The notes under the pieces were generated by a model. It was not told the origin of the DNA, made no database searches, and saw only the letters and a program-made list of their open reading frames with translations. A stretch of 57,147 nt of DNA from assembly GCA_036170455.1 (NCBI GenBank), contig JAVHPG010000233.1, positions 1 through 57,147 of the forward strand, written 5' to 3'. Made by a program: the position numbers and the translations under genes. The stretch's first letter is position 1, and every line of letters starts with the position of its first letter. Below, piece after piece: positions 45,773 through 54,791 of this stretch. The stretch is from Elusimicrobiales bacterium (GTDB taxonomy: Bacteria; Elusimicrobiota; Elusimicrobia; Elusimicrobiales; UBA9959).

Positions 45773-46738
45773 TTACCGGCCGAAGTCGTAAGCCGCGGCC
45801 TCTTCAGCCACGGCATTGCAGCGCTTGCCGTCCGCGGCGGTCATCCTGGTGCGCATAAAGCCCTTCTCGCCCCAGGAGGTTCCCCAGCTGTTGCGCAGGA
45901 TCCAGACGCCCTTGCCCGCGGGCAAATTGCCGTTCTCGTCGAAAGCGGCGCCTTCATTGTCCCAGCCCACGATATTGATCATGTGGTCCATCTGGCCGTA
46001 TTTGCAGGCATTATAGACGCCGCCGCTGTAGCTCTGCCAGCGGCCTACGCCGGCGGCCACGGCTATGGCTATTTCTTTTCCGGTGCTGGCCATATAAGCC
46101 TCGATGTCTTTGACGGTCGGGCCGGTGGCTTTTTCGCCAAGCATGAACCAGCCTTTTATCCCTGCGGCTATCGGGAGGTCGGCGCGGCATTTGCCATTGC
46201 CGTTCTTATAGGGGCAGTCTTTCCAGAGCGGCTGGCCGCGCGGGGTGACGATATCGTTGGCGGAGTCGAAGTAGCCGCCCTGGCAGCCGGCGGCATAGGT
46301 GGAATTATTCACCATCCATTCCTGGGAGAGCCGGCCCGGATCTTTGCCGGCGAGAGCGTGCCCGTCGCGGTGCGCCGCGGTAAGGCCGAAAGCCCAGCAG
46401 CTCCCGCAGGAGCCCTGGTTCTCTATCTGGGTGAGGCCCGGGCGCAGGTCGAGGGCGTTGGGGATCTCTACTTTGACGTCTTTAAATGATTTCCACATCG
46501 AGGCGGGCAGGTCTTTCTTTATAAAGCCCTTGGCGTAAACCACGCGCTCGGCCGCCTCGGTAAAGGTGAATTCGGGGAAGAAAGGAGTGGAGACGGCCGG
46601 CTGGGCGGTTTCCCGGGCGGAGCCGAGCATGGCGCCCATATCCCCGCTCTGGTCGAAAGTCACTTCCCTGTCCGCCGCCGCGGCGTACCCCGCCAGCGAA
46701 GCAAAAGCAAAAAATACCGCGATAAGCTTCTTTTTCAT
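45773..46738 (-). CDS. secreted papain-like (C1 family) cysteine peptidase
   Basis: Starts at 46738 (MKKKLIAVFFAFASLAGYAAA) with GGAGG upstream. Motifs are QGSCGSCWAF, DHMINIVGW and NSWGTSWG. The track ORF begins at a TTG at 46798. Confidence 0.85.
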   Translation of the reverse strand: MKKKLIAVFFAFASLAGYAAAADREVTFDQSGDMGAMLGSARETAQPAVSTPFFPEFTFTEAAERVVYAKGFIKKDLPASMWKSFKDVKVEIPNALDLRPGLTQIENQGSCGSCWAFGLTAAHRDGHALAGKDPGRLSQEWMVNNSTYAAGCQGGYFDSANDIVTPRGQPLWKDCPYKNGNGKCRADLPIAAGIKGWFMLGEKATGPTVKDIEAYMASTGKEIAIAVAAGVGRWQSYSGGVYNACKYGQMDHMINIVGWDNEGAAFDENGNLPAGKGVWILRNSWGTSWGEKGFMRTRMTAADGKRCNAVAEEAAAYDFGR

Positions 46739-46769
46739 TCCGCCTCCAATATGTGGTTGAAAAAAGGTC

Positions 46770-48091
46770 CTGAGTTGTCTAAAGTCAATTATACACAAAT
46801 CCAGGCCAAATAAAGGAGTAAAAAAGAGTATTTTTAACCCGTCACGCCCTTGACTTAGCCTTAGCTAGTGTCAGATAATAAAATCCAGGTAGTTTTCCCT
46901 TGAGATCACTTTATAAGTGGCGTTCTTATATGTTTCCAGCCACTCTTTCGGGGCCTTCGGCTGCTTGGTCCCCCATTTTATTTCATACCCGGACAGTTTG
47001 CCGTTGCGCTCTTCGACCCAGTCCACCTCTTTCTTGTCGTAGGTGCGCCAAAAATAATTATTTGAAATGATGCCCGAGTATTTCTGTTTCTTCAGACGTT
47101 CCATTACGACATAGTTCTCCCAGATCATCCCCATATCGCCCCTAAGATGCGGCGGATTGAAGTTGTTGATCAGGGAATTGCGGATGCCGTTGTCGATAAA
47201 ATAATAGCGGGAGGTCTTATACACTTCTTTGCGCAGGTTCCGGCTGAAGCCCCTGATATTTACTATCACAAAGGATTTTTCAAGCAAATCCAAATATTTG
47301 GCCACGGTATTTTTATGCAGGTCCAGGTTATTGCCGAGTTCCGCCAGAGAAACCTCATGGCCTATCTGGAAGGCAAGCAGAATAAGCAGGTCTTTTAATT
47401 TTTTAGCGCCTCTTATAGTATCGAGTTCAAGGATATCTTTGAAAAGATAGGATCCGGCCAGCGTGTCCAGGTATTCCTGGCGCTGTTTCATTGAGGAAAG
47501 CGAGAATAATTCCGGGTAGCCGCCATATATAAGATGCTGCTCGAAAATGGAATGATAATAAGCGGCGCCTTTGGTCAGTATCAGTTCTCCGGCGGAAACA
47601 GGGTACAGATTAACTGTTTTATGTCTGCCGGTAAGTGGTTCCCCGACTTTCTGTGCCAGGTCAAAAGAAGCCGAGCCGCTTACTACTATCTTCAAGCCAG
47701 GGTTGGTGTCGACTATCAGCTTCAGCGTGTCGCCGATAGACGGGATCTTCTGGGCTTCGTCTATCATCAGCAGAGAGGCGTCCCCTATGTAAGCGCGCAG
47801 CTTTTCAGGGATATTTGTGGAGAGCTGCTCCTGCACGGAGCCGCTTTCACCGTTGAGAAAAAGTATTTTTTCTTTCTGGGATAAAGTCTTTTTTAGCTGG
47901 CCAAACAGGAAAGTCTTGCCGGTGCGGCGTGTGCCGTAAAGTATTAAGACTTTTCCTTTTTGAAGTTTTTCGTTCAATTGTTTTGCTGCTATGCGGTTTA
48001 TGATCATGGATAATACCAACACTACGTTGTCCCAATTATAATAAATACGGGCACTAAGTACAATAACAGTCAGTCGTCTGAGTTATGTAAA
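46770..48091. repeat. imperfect 14-bp direct repeat CTGAGTTRTSTAAA (46770-46783 and 48078-48091) flanking the ATPase gene
   Basis: 12/14 identical. Both copies lie in the short intergenic flanks of the low-GC gene. Confidence 0.45.
46871..48007 (-). CDS. AAA+ ATPase with C-terminal DUF4143-type PD-(D/E)xK-like domain
   Basis: Walker A GTRRTGKT and Walker B LLMIDEAQ. The C-terminal EVDWV...YEIKW matches the D...ExK pattern. I prefer the ATG at 48007 over the GTG at 48022. G+C is roughly 42-43% on sampled lines. Confidence 0.8.
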   Translation of the reverse strand: MIINRIAAKQLNEKLQKGKVLILYGTRRTGKTFLFGQLKKTLSQKEKILFLNGESGSVQEQLSTNIPEKLRAYIGDASLLMIDEAQKIPSIGDTLKLIVDTNPGLKIVVSGSASFDLAQKVGEPLTGRHKTVNLYPVSAGELILTKGAAYYHSIFEQHLIYGGYPELFSLSSMKQRQEYLDTLAGSYLFKDILELDTIRGAKKLKDLLILLAFQIGHEVSLAELGNNLDLHKNTVAKYLDLLEKSFVIVNIRGFSRNLRKEVYKTSRYYFIDNGIRNSLINNFNPPHLRGDMGMIWENYVVMERLKKQKYSGIISNNYFWRTYDKKEVDWVEERNGKLSGYEIKWGTKQPKAPKEWLETYKNATYKVISRENYLDFII

Positions 48092-48109
48092 CCGCCGTTT
48101 CAACTCTGT

Positions 48110-49114
48110 TTACGCGGCGAGTTCGAACATTTTGTCTATGGATCTTTTGGCGCGGACGGCTATGTCCGCGGGGACCGTCACTTCTTCGGGATTCGGGTCT
48201 TTCAGGAGGGCCAGGACGCTTTCGAGGGTGATGGACTTCATGTAGGGGCAGAGCCGGCACATGGCTATGAAATTCTTTTCGGGGAAACGAAGTTTCGCAA
48301 GCTCGCCGAAGCCGCATTCGGTTACAAGCAGGTAGGCCGAAGCGTTCGTGTTCTCTACGTAGCGCATCATATCGCCGGTGCCGCCCATGAAATCTACCGC
48401 CGCGATAAGGTCGGAAGGGCATTCGGCATGCGCAAGCGCCACTAGGCCCGGATATCTCTGCCTGTAAATTTTTATCAGCTCCGGGTTCAAATGTTCGTGC
48501 ACGATGCAGGTCCCGTGCCAGAGGATGATATCTTTGCCTGGGGTCTTTCCCAGGACCTTCGCCAGGTTCGCCCCCATGAAACGGTCGGGGATGAAAATCA
48601 CCTTTTCATGCTTCTCGTACATCTTCCGCAGGATCTTTTCGGCGTTGGCGCTGGTCACTATGCAGTCGGACTCGGCTTTAACTTCGGCCGAGGTGTTGAT
48701 ATAAGTGACCACGGGCAGGCCGGGATGCTCCGCCTTCAGCTTCCGCACATCCTCTCCGGTGATAGCTTCGCTAAGCGAGCACCCGGCGTTCTTCGAGGGC
48801 ACATAGACTTTCTTGGAGGGATTCAGGATCTTGGCCGTCTCCGCCATGAAATTGACGCCGCAGAAAACTATTATATCGGCGGCCGTCTTCCTGCAGTCGT
48901 CCGCCAGTTTGTAGGAATCTCCCACGAGGTCGCCGATGCCGAGGATAATGTCCGGCGTCTGGTAGACATGGGCGCAGATGACCGCGTTCTTCGCTTTTTT
49001 CAGCGTATTTATCCCGAGCGTCAGCCCGGCCACGCGCGCTATATCGCCTTCGACGCAGCGGCGGTGCAGGCCGAGGGCGGTCAGGCGTTTAATCTCTTCG
49101 TTCAAAGCGTTCAT
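48110..49114 (-). CDS. nadA: quinolinate synthase
   Basis: AHVYQTPDI, VNFMAETAKIL, GTCIVHE and CPYMK motifs. Confidence 0.92.
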   Translation of the reverse strand: MNALNEEIKRLTALGLHRRCVEGDIARVAGLTLGINTLKKAKNAVICAHVYQTPDIILGIGDLVGDSYKLADDCRKTAADIIVFCGVNFMAETAKILNPSKKVYVPSKNAGCSLSEAITGEDVRKLKAEHPGLPVVTYINTSAEVKAESDCIVTSANAEKILRKMYEKHEKVIFIPDRFMGANLAKVLGKTPGKDIILWHGTCIVHEHLNPELIKIYRQRYPGLVALAHAECPSDLIAAVDFMGGTGDMMRYVENTNASAYLLVTECGFGELAKLRFPEKNFIAMCRLCPYMKSITLESVLALLKDPNPEEVTVPADIAVRAKRSIDKMFELAA

Positions 49115-49115
49115 A

Positions 49116-49853
49116 TCAGCCTTTCAGCTCCCATTTTCCCAGTATATCCGGGTAATTGCTGAAGATCCCGTCCACGCCTATGCTTTTCATGCGCAGGGCG
49201 TCTTTTTTCTCGTTCACTGTATAGACGCAGACCCTGAACCCGGCTTTTTTTATGCGGGAGACGTTCAGCTTGAAAGCCAGGCGCAGCGCCATGTGGAAAT
49301 TCACCGCGCTGATAGCTTTGGCCTTCTTTATGGCGGGGAGGAGGAACAAAGTGCTGAGCCCGTGGCCGAGGAAAGCAAGTTTCAAGCGGGGGGAAAGCTC
49401 GCGGAAACGCTTAAGCGTGGGATAGTCGAAACTTGAAACCACGGCTTTGTCGAAAAGCCCCGGCTTGCTCTTCAGGAAAGAGAAAACTTTTTCCTCGATG
49501 CCGGGATAGACGTTCCCGTCGTTCTTTACCTCGAAATTCAGCCAGTCGGACGCGGGCCCAATGATGTCAAGAACTTCTTCCAGGCGGGGGATATGCTGCA
49601 CTGTTTTATCGCGCTTGAAGTGGGCGGCAATATTGTATTTTTTCAACTCTTCATAGGTAAGGTCCGCTATCCTGACGGCCTTATGGGCGGTGGGCTTCAG
49701 GTCATAATCGTGGTGGACCACCAAAATTCCGTCCTTGGTCTGGTGGACGTCGAACTCGAAATCTTTGGCTCCCATTTCAATTGCCAGCTTAAAAGCTTTC
49801 AGGGTGTTTTCGGGCGCATAGCCGGAGGCGCCGCGGTGAGCGATTGTCTTCAT
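49116..49853 (-). CDS. glycerophosphodiester phosphodiesterase family protein
   Basis: IAHRGASGYAPENT and EFDVHQTKDGILVVHHD motifs. Confidence 0.87.
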   Translation of the reverse strand: MKTIAHRGASGYAPENTLKAFKLAIEMGAKDFEFDVHQTKDGILVVHHDYDLKPTAHKAVRIADLTYEELKKYNIAAHFKRDKTVQHIPRLEEVLDIIGPASDWLNFEVKNDGNVYPGIEEKVFSFLKSKPGLFDKAVVSSFDYPTLKRFRELSPRLKLAFLGHGLSTLFLLPAIKKAKAISAVNFHMALRLAFKLNVSRIKKAGFRVCVYTVNEKKDALRMKSIGVDGIFSNYPDILGKWELKG

Positions 49854-50659
49854 AAGAACAGTTTTTTAACTTCCGAAAAATACTCGTCCGAGTATTCGAA
49901 GCCGGCCATGTCGTTGCGCTCCGAGCCGGGGCCGTGAAAATCGGTGCCGGCGGTGACGAAAAGGCCGTGCCTGGCGGCCAGGCTGATGAATTCCCGCGTG
50001 GCTACGCCGGTATGGGCCGGGTAAAAAGCCTCCAGCCCGTCCAGGCCAGCTGCCTTCCAGGCCGGCAAATCGAGGATCCTGGCCACGCCGCCGGGATGCG
50101 CCAGCACCGCTTTACCGCCGGCGTCCTTGACGGCTTTTATCGCTTCCTCCACCGTAGGTCCGTTAGGCGGGACATAGGCCGGCGCGCCGGGGGCGAGGTA
50201 GCGCTTGAAGGCCTGGCTGCGGGTGGGGACCAGCTTGCGGGAGCGCATTACGTCCGCCACATGCGGGCGGCCCACGGTGCGGCCCTCCGGCACGGGCAGG
50301 TCCGCGTAAGCTATCTCGATGCCCAGGCCTTTTAAGAGCTCGAGTATCTTTTTTATCCTGACTACCCGCCTGCCGCGGAACTCGGCCAGGCGCGCCGCCA
50401 GGACCGGGTCCGCCGGGTTTATCCCGTAGCCGAGTATATGCAGGTTCTCGTGCAGGCCGGTGCTTATCTCAACGCCGTAGCAGTAGCTGATGCCGGCCTC
50501 TTTCAGGGCCGGCTCCATCTCCGGCCAGCCCCCGACCATATCGTGGTCGGTGAGTGAGAAATATTTTATGCCGGCGCGCGCGGCCTCGCGGGCCAGCAGC
50601 GCGGGCGCAAGGGTCCCGTCGGAATAGGTGGAGTGATTGTGGAGGTTGATCAAAGCCAT
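49850..50659 (-). CDS. PHP domain phosphoesterase
   Basis: NLHNHSTYSDG, SLTDHD and the C-terminal GTDFHG. Confidence 0.85.
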   Translation of the reverse strand: MALINLHNHSTYSDGTLAPALLAREAARAGIKYFSLTDHDMVGGWPEMEPALKEAGISYCYGVEISTGLHENLHILGYGINPADPVLAARLAEFRGRRVVRIKKILELLKGLGIEIAYADLPVPEGRTVGRPHVADVMRSRKLVPTRSQAFKRYLAPGAPAYVPPNGPTVEEAIKAVKDAGGKAVLAHPGGVARILDLPAWKAAGLDGLEAFYPAHTGVATREFISLAARHGLFVTAGTDFHGPGSERNDMAGFEYSDEYFSEVKKLFL

Positions 50660-50711
50660 AGGGGCCGGCGGCGCCTGCCTCCGGCTAGCGGACTTCCGGC
50701 CGAAATCTATT

Positions 50712-50936
50712 TCAGCCTACTGTTACGGCCTTGACTCCGGGGACTTCTTCTTTTATCATGCGCTCGACTACGTTCTGAAGCGTCATCGTGGCGTGCGGGC
50801 AGCAGCCGCAGGCGCCGGTCAGGCGCACGGTGACCACGCCCTTCTTCTCGTCCACGCCCAGCAGCTCCACAGAGCCGCCGTCGGCCGCCAGCATGGGCTT
50901 TATTTTCTCGATAACTTTGGTTACTTGGTCTTTCAT
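50712..50936 (-). CDS. NifU-like Fe-S cluster scaffold domain protein
   Basis: 74 aa. LAADGGSVELLGV...LTGACGCCPHA motif. Confidence 0.85.
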   Translation of the reverse strand: MKDQVTKVIEKIKPMLAADGGSVELLGVDEKKGVVTVRLTGACGCCPHATMTLQNVVERMIKEEVPGVKAVTVG

Positions 50937-50954
50937 AATGATACCTCTGGTTAA

Positions 50955-50963
50955 ATTATACCA
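50955..50963 (-). promoter_or_regulatory. extended -10 promoter element TGGTATAAT
   Basis: Minus strand reads TGGTATAAT, then a 20-nt leader containing AGAGG, then the ATG at 50936. Confidence 0.45.
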
Positions 50964-51094
50964 TGTCGGGAACTTCCGAACCCCTGCCCCGTACCCAGCC
51001 GGCGTAGGTCCAATGCCAGCTTTGTTTTAGGCCCTGCGCCTCTTCTGCCGAACTTGTTTTACTTGTAGAATATAACAGGTAAGGAGATACCTGA

Positions 51095-51997
51095 ATGAAA
51101 AAATACGCCTTTTTCCTTGCAGCCATAACCGCTTTCTTTTCCGGTTCCCAAGCACAGGAGAATACAGCCATCCGCCAGCTTCTGGACACTTCCGATATAA
51201 ACATTACCGTTCCCCAAGCGCCCCTTCCCGACAGGGGGCCGATCCTGGACTCTATTTACAATACCTGGGACCCGGCGGCCCCTTTCTCCTACAGCCAGGC
51301 CCCGGCGCAGATAGTTTCCAACGCCGGCGGCGTAACCGTCATAAAGTACGTGCGTTCGGGCCCTGCCCCGGCCGACCATAAGAGCTATGCCTGGGAAACC
51401 CTGACCGTAAAGACCGCCCTGATAGAAAAAGTGATCTTCGGCTACAGGACTTACGGCGTCGGCCATTCTTTCCTGGTCTTCGTTTTCAGGGACGGCGGCG
51501 CGGTCAATTCCCTCGGGAAGAGCGTGCGTGCCCTCACTTTCGGCGCGGAAGGCTGGAGCCGGGAGCCTTACGGCTACACTCTTTCCCACGCCCTGAACGG
51601 GAGGTACCCGCTTATCTGGCTCGCGACCACTTTCGAAAGCTATACCGGCTATATCACGGCGAAAAAAACGGATTCTTTCTTCAAGAACATGAACCTGGGC
51701 CCGGAGCAGACCGCCGGGCTGTTCAGCCTGCTGATGGCGCGTATAGACGAGACCAACCGCAATAAAGAGACGTACAACATGTTCACAAACAGCTGCACCA
51801 ATAACCCGGTCAATCTGATAAACCGGGTTATCCCGCCGGCCAAGCGCATCGCGCTCGAAGTGATAGGCGTGACGAACCCGAATTCCGCGCTCCCGAGGCT
51901 CGCCGTGAGGAAATACACGAACAACGGAACGCTGCGGACCGAAACCTTCCGGATGGGCGCGGATAATTACGGCGCTTTCGATATAACCAGGATATAA
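51095..51997 (+). CDS. secreted hypothetical protein (possibly DUF4105-like)
   Basis: Signal peptide MKKYAFFLAAITAFFSGSQA and a GGAG SD. The TNSCTNNPVNL segment is reminiscent of DUF4105. The family call is weak. Confidence 0.6.
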   Translation: MKKYAFFLAAITAFFSGSQAQENTAIRQLLDTSDINITVPQAPLPDRGPILDSIYNTWDPAAPFSYSQAPAQIVSNAGGVTVIKYVRSGPAPADHKSYAWETLTVKTALIEKVIFGYRTYGVGHSFLVFVFRDGGAVNSLGKSVRALTFGAEGWSREPYGYTLSHALNGRYPLIWLATTFESYTGYITAKKTDSFFKNMNLGPEQTAGLFSLLMARIDETNRNKETYNMFTNSCTNNPVNLINRVIPPAKRIALEVIGVTNPNSALPRLAVRKYTNNGTLRTETFRMGADNYGAFDITRI

Positions 51998-52003
51998 ACC
52001 GCT

Positions 52004-52369
52004 ATGCTTAAAGAAGCGAATAAAGTGCGCCAGATAGAGGGGGAACCCCGCCGCCGCTGGTTCGACGACGAATATTTCGACCTGATAGTCTGGTTCGACA
52101 AGGACGATTCCTTCTGGGGCTTCCAGCTTTGCTACGACCGGGAAAACAAGCCCCGCGCGCTGACCTGGACGAAAAAGAACGGCTACAAGCATACGGGCAT
52201 AGACAACGGCGAGCATATCTGGGGCACTTCCAAGAACGCCCCGGTGCTGGTGGAGGACGGGCTTTTCGACTCACCGTCGATAGGCAAAAAGCTCGAGAAA
52301 GCGGCGGCGGAACTGCCGCGCGACATAGCCGATTTTGTGCTGGAAAAAGTTAAAACCTTCAAACTTTGA
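52004..52369 (+). CDS. hypothetical protein
   Basis: 121-aa ORF 7 nt after the preceding stop and overlapping the next gene by 4 nt. No family recognised. Confidence 0.5.
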   Translation: MLKEANKVRQIEGEPRRRWFDDEYFDLIVWFDKDDSFWGFQLCYDRENKPRALTWTKKNGYKHTGIDNGEHIWGTSKNAPVLVEDGLFDSPSIGKKLEKAAAELPRDIADFVLEKVKTFKL

Positions 52370-52854
52370 TGCCTAAAGATTTTAAACCTGGAATCGGCTC
52401 CGGCGACCTCGGGCTTACCGATCTCCTCGGCGGCAAGCGGGTGTCTAAAACGGACCGCCGCGTAAAGCTGAACGCCCTTGTAGACGAGCTCTCAGCGCTG
52501 CTCGGCCTGGTCAAAACCGGGATCAAGGATAAAAAAACAAAAGAAGAGCTTTCGGCGGCGCAGGCCGCGCTTATCCGCGCCTCCGGCCTGGCGGCCGGCA
52601 TGAAAGGTTCGCTCAGGGAAGAAACCGCCGCGCTGGAAGCGCTGATAGGCGCGCTTTCGGAAACTATAAAGCCGCCCAAAAAATTCGTGCTGCCTGGAGC
52701 GAATGAAACGGAAGCCCTGGCCCACCTGGCCAGGACCAGGACCCGGATCTGCGAGCTCCTCGCCTGGGAAATAAAAGCCAAAGCCCCCGCCGTCTACCTC
52801 AACCGTCTCTCGGACTATCTCTTCCTCCTGGCCCTGAAAAGCGCCCGTAAATAA
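52366..52854 (+). CDS. ATP:cob(I)alamin adenosyltransferase, PduO type
   Basis: GDLGLTDLLGGKRVSKTD...VDELSALLG and the C-terminal LNRLSDYLF. Confidence 0.85.
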   Translation: MMPKDFKPGIGSGDLGLTDLLGGKRVSKTDRRVKLNALVDELSALLGLVKTGIKDKKTKEELSAAQAALIRASGLAAGMKGSLREETAALEALIGALSETIKPPKKFVLPGANETEALAHLARTRTRICELLAWEIKAKAPAVYLNRLSDYLFLLALKSARK

Positions 52855-52970
52855 TAATTCCCGATCAGGGTCCGGAGGCGCATCCGCTCCATTTCATCGC
52901 GACACGTTCCCGTCCGGCCGAGGCGGACGGAGCTTGTTGAGGCAGGGCCAGGGGCCAGGCGGCAACCGGC

Positions 52971-54656
52971 TTATCTCAAAGAGCCGAGCAGCTCCCGGGT
53001 ATGTTTATCCGCCGGTTCGGAGGAGAGCGCTTTTTCATAGTACCTGACGGCGGCGGGCTTGTCGTTGCGCTCCAAAGCAAGCTTTCCCAGGGCGAGGTAA
53101 GCCGCGGCAAAACCGCCGTCGCACTTTATTGCTCGCGCATAATAATCGGCCGCTTTTACGGGTTGACCTTTGAGCAGGCAAATATCGCCCAGATAGTTAA
53201 GCGAGGCGGCGTGGCAGGGGCTGATTTTAAGTATTTGAGCGAAGCATTCTTCGGCCTTTGGAAAGTCTTTTTTTTGCTCAAGCAGGCGGCATAAATTATA
53301 GCGGTGGTTGTCGTCCCCCGGGTATCTCAGTATAGCTTCGGAAACGCAGGCCTCGGCTTGGGCGGTCCTGTTCGCGCTCAGGTAGGCGTCGCATAAATTA
53401 AGAAGAGCGAGGCCGGCCCGGGGCTGGCCCCGTAAAGTGTCGGTCCAAAGAGAGATCCCGTCTTTCCAGACCGCGCAGCGCAGCCGCGCCGTTGCGGTGA
53501 GCAGCAGGACCGCGGCGGCCGCGCAGGCCGCCAGCATGGCCTTATAGGGGGAGCCGGGGCGCAGGCGCCGCAGGAGGCCGCGAGCGAGCGCGGCTAAAGC
53601 TGTAAAAACGCCTATTGAGGATAAATAAGTGTAGCGGTCGGCGGACAGCGCCTGTCCGAAAGGGAAGAACTGGAGCACGGGCAAAAGCAGCACCGCGAAG
53701 AAAGCCGCGCCGAAAACGATCTCCCTGTCCCGGCGAAAATATTTCCACAGCAAAAATATTCCCGCCAGGGCCGCCGCAGCAAAGGAGTAAATAACCGGCC
53801 TTCCCCCGGGCGCGGAGATATACAGGGCCGAAAGGTTGAACGGCCAGAGCAGGGTGTAGAAGTAAAAGCCGAGATTGTAAAACGGAAGGAGCAGCCGCTT
53901 TACCCAGTGCAGGCTGAACGTATTCCCGGGCTGTGAGATCTGGATGAAGGCGAAGACGGCCGAGAAAGCCAGGAAGGGAAGCTTGTTCAGCAGGAGCCTG
54001 GGCCTGATTTTTTCCCGCTTCAGGAAATCTATAAGCAGCAGCGCCGCCGGCAGTGTCACCGCCGTGGCCTTCGACAGGAGCGCGCAGATAAAAAGAACCA
54101 GCGAAATAAAATAGTTCGCTGCCCCGCCGGGCCTTGAAGCGTAGACAGTGAGCGAAGAGAGGTAAAAGAAAGCGCAGAGAAGTTCTTTTCTTTGCGCCGC
54201 CCAGGCCACGGGCTCGACGTGCGCTGGATGGACGCCGAATAAAACCGCTATCGCGAACGCAGCCCAGACGCTGTTCAGCAGGAGCCGCGCAAGGAGCATC
54301 ACCAGCGCGGTATTGGCCAGGTGCAGAAGAAGGCTGGTCGCATGGTAAACCCTCGGGTCAAGCCCGGAGAAATGATATTCAAGCGCGTAGTTCAGGCTGG
54401 CTAAAGGGGCGTACATCCGCAGGTCCATGGTGGTAAAGATGGTCTTTACGCTTTCCAGGGAGACCGTTTTGATCTTGGGATTGCTGATTATGCATTCCAC
54501 CTCGTCCCAGTTGGTAAAGCCGTTATCGAGGCACGGGCTCATCGCGATCCAGGTGAAGCCGAGCGCCAAAAAAAGCAGGGGCGTAAAAAGAACCGCCCCC
54601 TGGAGTTTGCCTGTAAACTTTTTTTCACCGGTCTGCATATGTTTTCGCTCCCGCAA
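52971..54656 (-). CDS. TMTC/PMT-like GT-C membrane protein with C-terminal TPR repeats
   Basis: The first-loop FTNWDEVECIISNPKI motif, YAPLASLNYALEY, YHATSLLLHLAN and LFGVHPAHVEPVAW are typical of the bacterial TMTC-like (DUF1736) family. TPRs lie in the last ~170 aa. Confidence 0.78.
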   Translation of the reverse strand: MRERKHMQTGEKKFTGKLQGAVLFTPLLFLALGFTWIAMSPCLDNGFTNWDEVECIISNPKIKTVSLESVKTIFTTMDLRMYAPLASLNYALEYHFSGLDPRVYHATSLLLHLANTALVMLLARLLLNSVWAAFAIAVLFGVHPAHVEPVAWAAQRKELLCAFFYLSSLTVYASRPGGAANYFISLVLFICALLSKATAVTLPAALLLIDFLKREKIRPRLLLNKLPFLAFSAVFAFIQISQPGNTFSLHWVKRLLLPFYNLGFYFYTLLWPFNLSALYISAPGGRPVIYSFAAAALAGIFLLWKYFRRDREIVFGAAFFAVLLLPVLQFFPFGQALSADRYTYLSSIGVFTALAALARGLLRRLRPGSPYKAMLAACAAAAVLLLTATARLRCAVWKDGISLWTDTLRGQPRAGLALLNLCDAYLSANRTAQAEACVSEAILRYPGDDNHRYNLCRLLEQKKDFPKAEECFAQILKISPCHAASLNYLGDICLLKGQPVKAADYYARAIKCDGGFAAAYLALGKLALERNDKPAAVRYYEKALSSEPADKHTRELLGSLR

Positions 54657-54791
54657 TCCGCTCCCGGTCCGGCAGCTGAGAAAAGGATCCGCGGGAAGCC
54701 TGAGGCCCTTTATCTAAAGTTCATCCTTAATCAGGGAAAGGGAACTTCTCCGGGAGAGACAGGGATAGCTGTCCTTATAGTTCCTGCGGAG

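Noticed and set aside
51059-52216. 385-aa minus-strand ORF
   Set aside because: It is antisense to two plus-strand genes, the first of which has a signal peptide and an SD. The composition is typical of an antisense frame.
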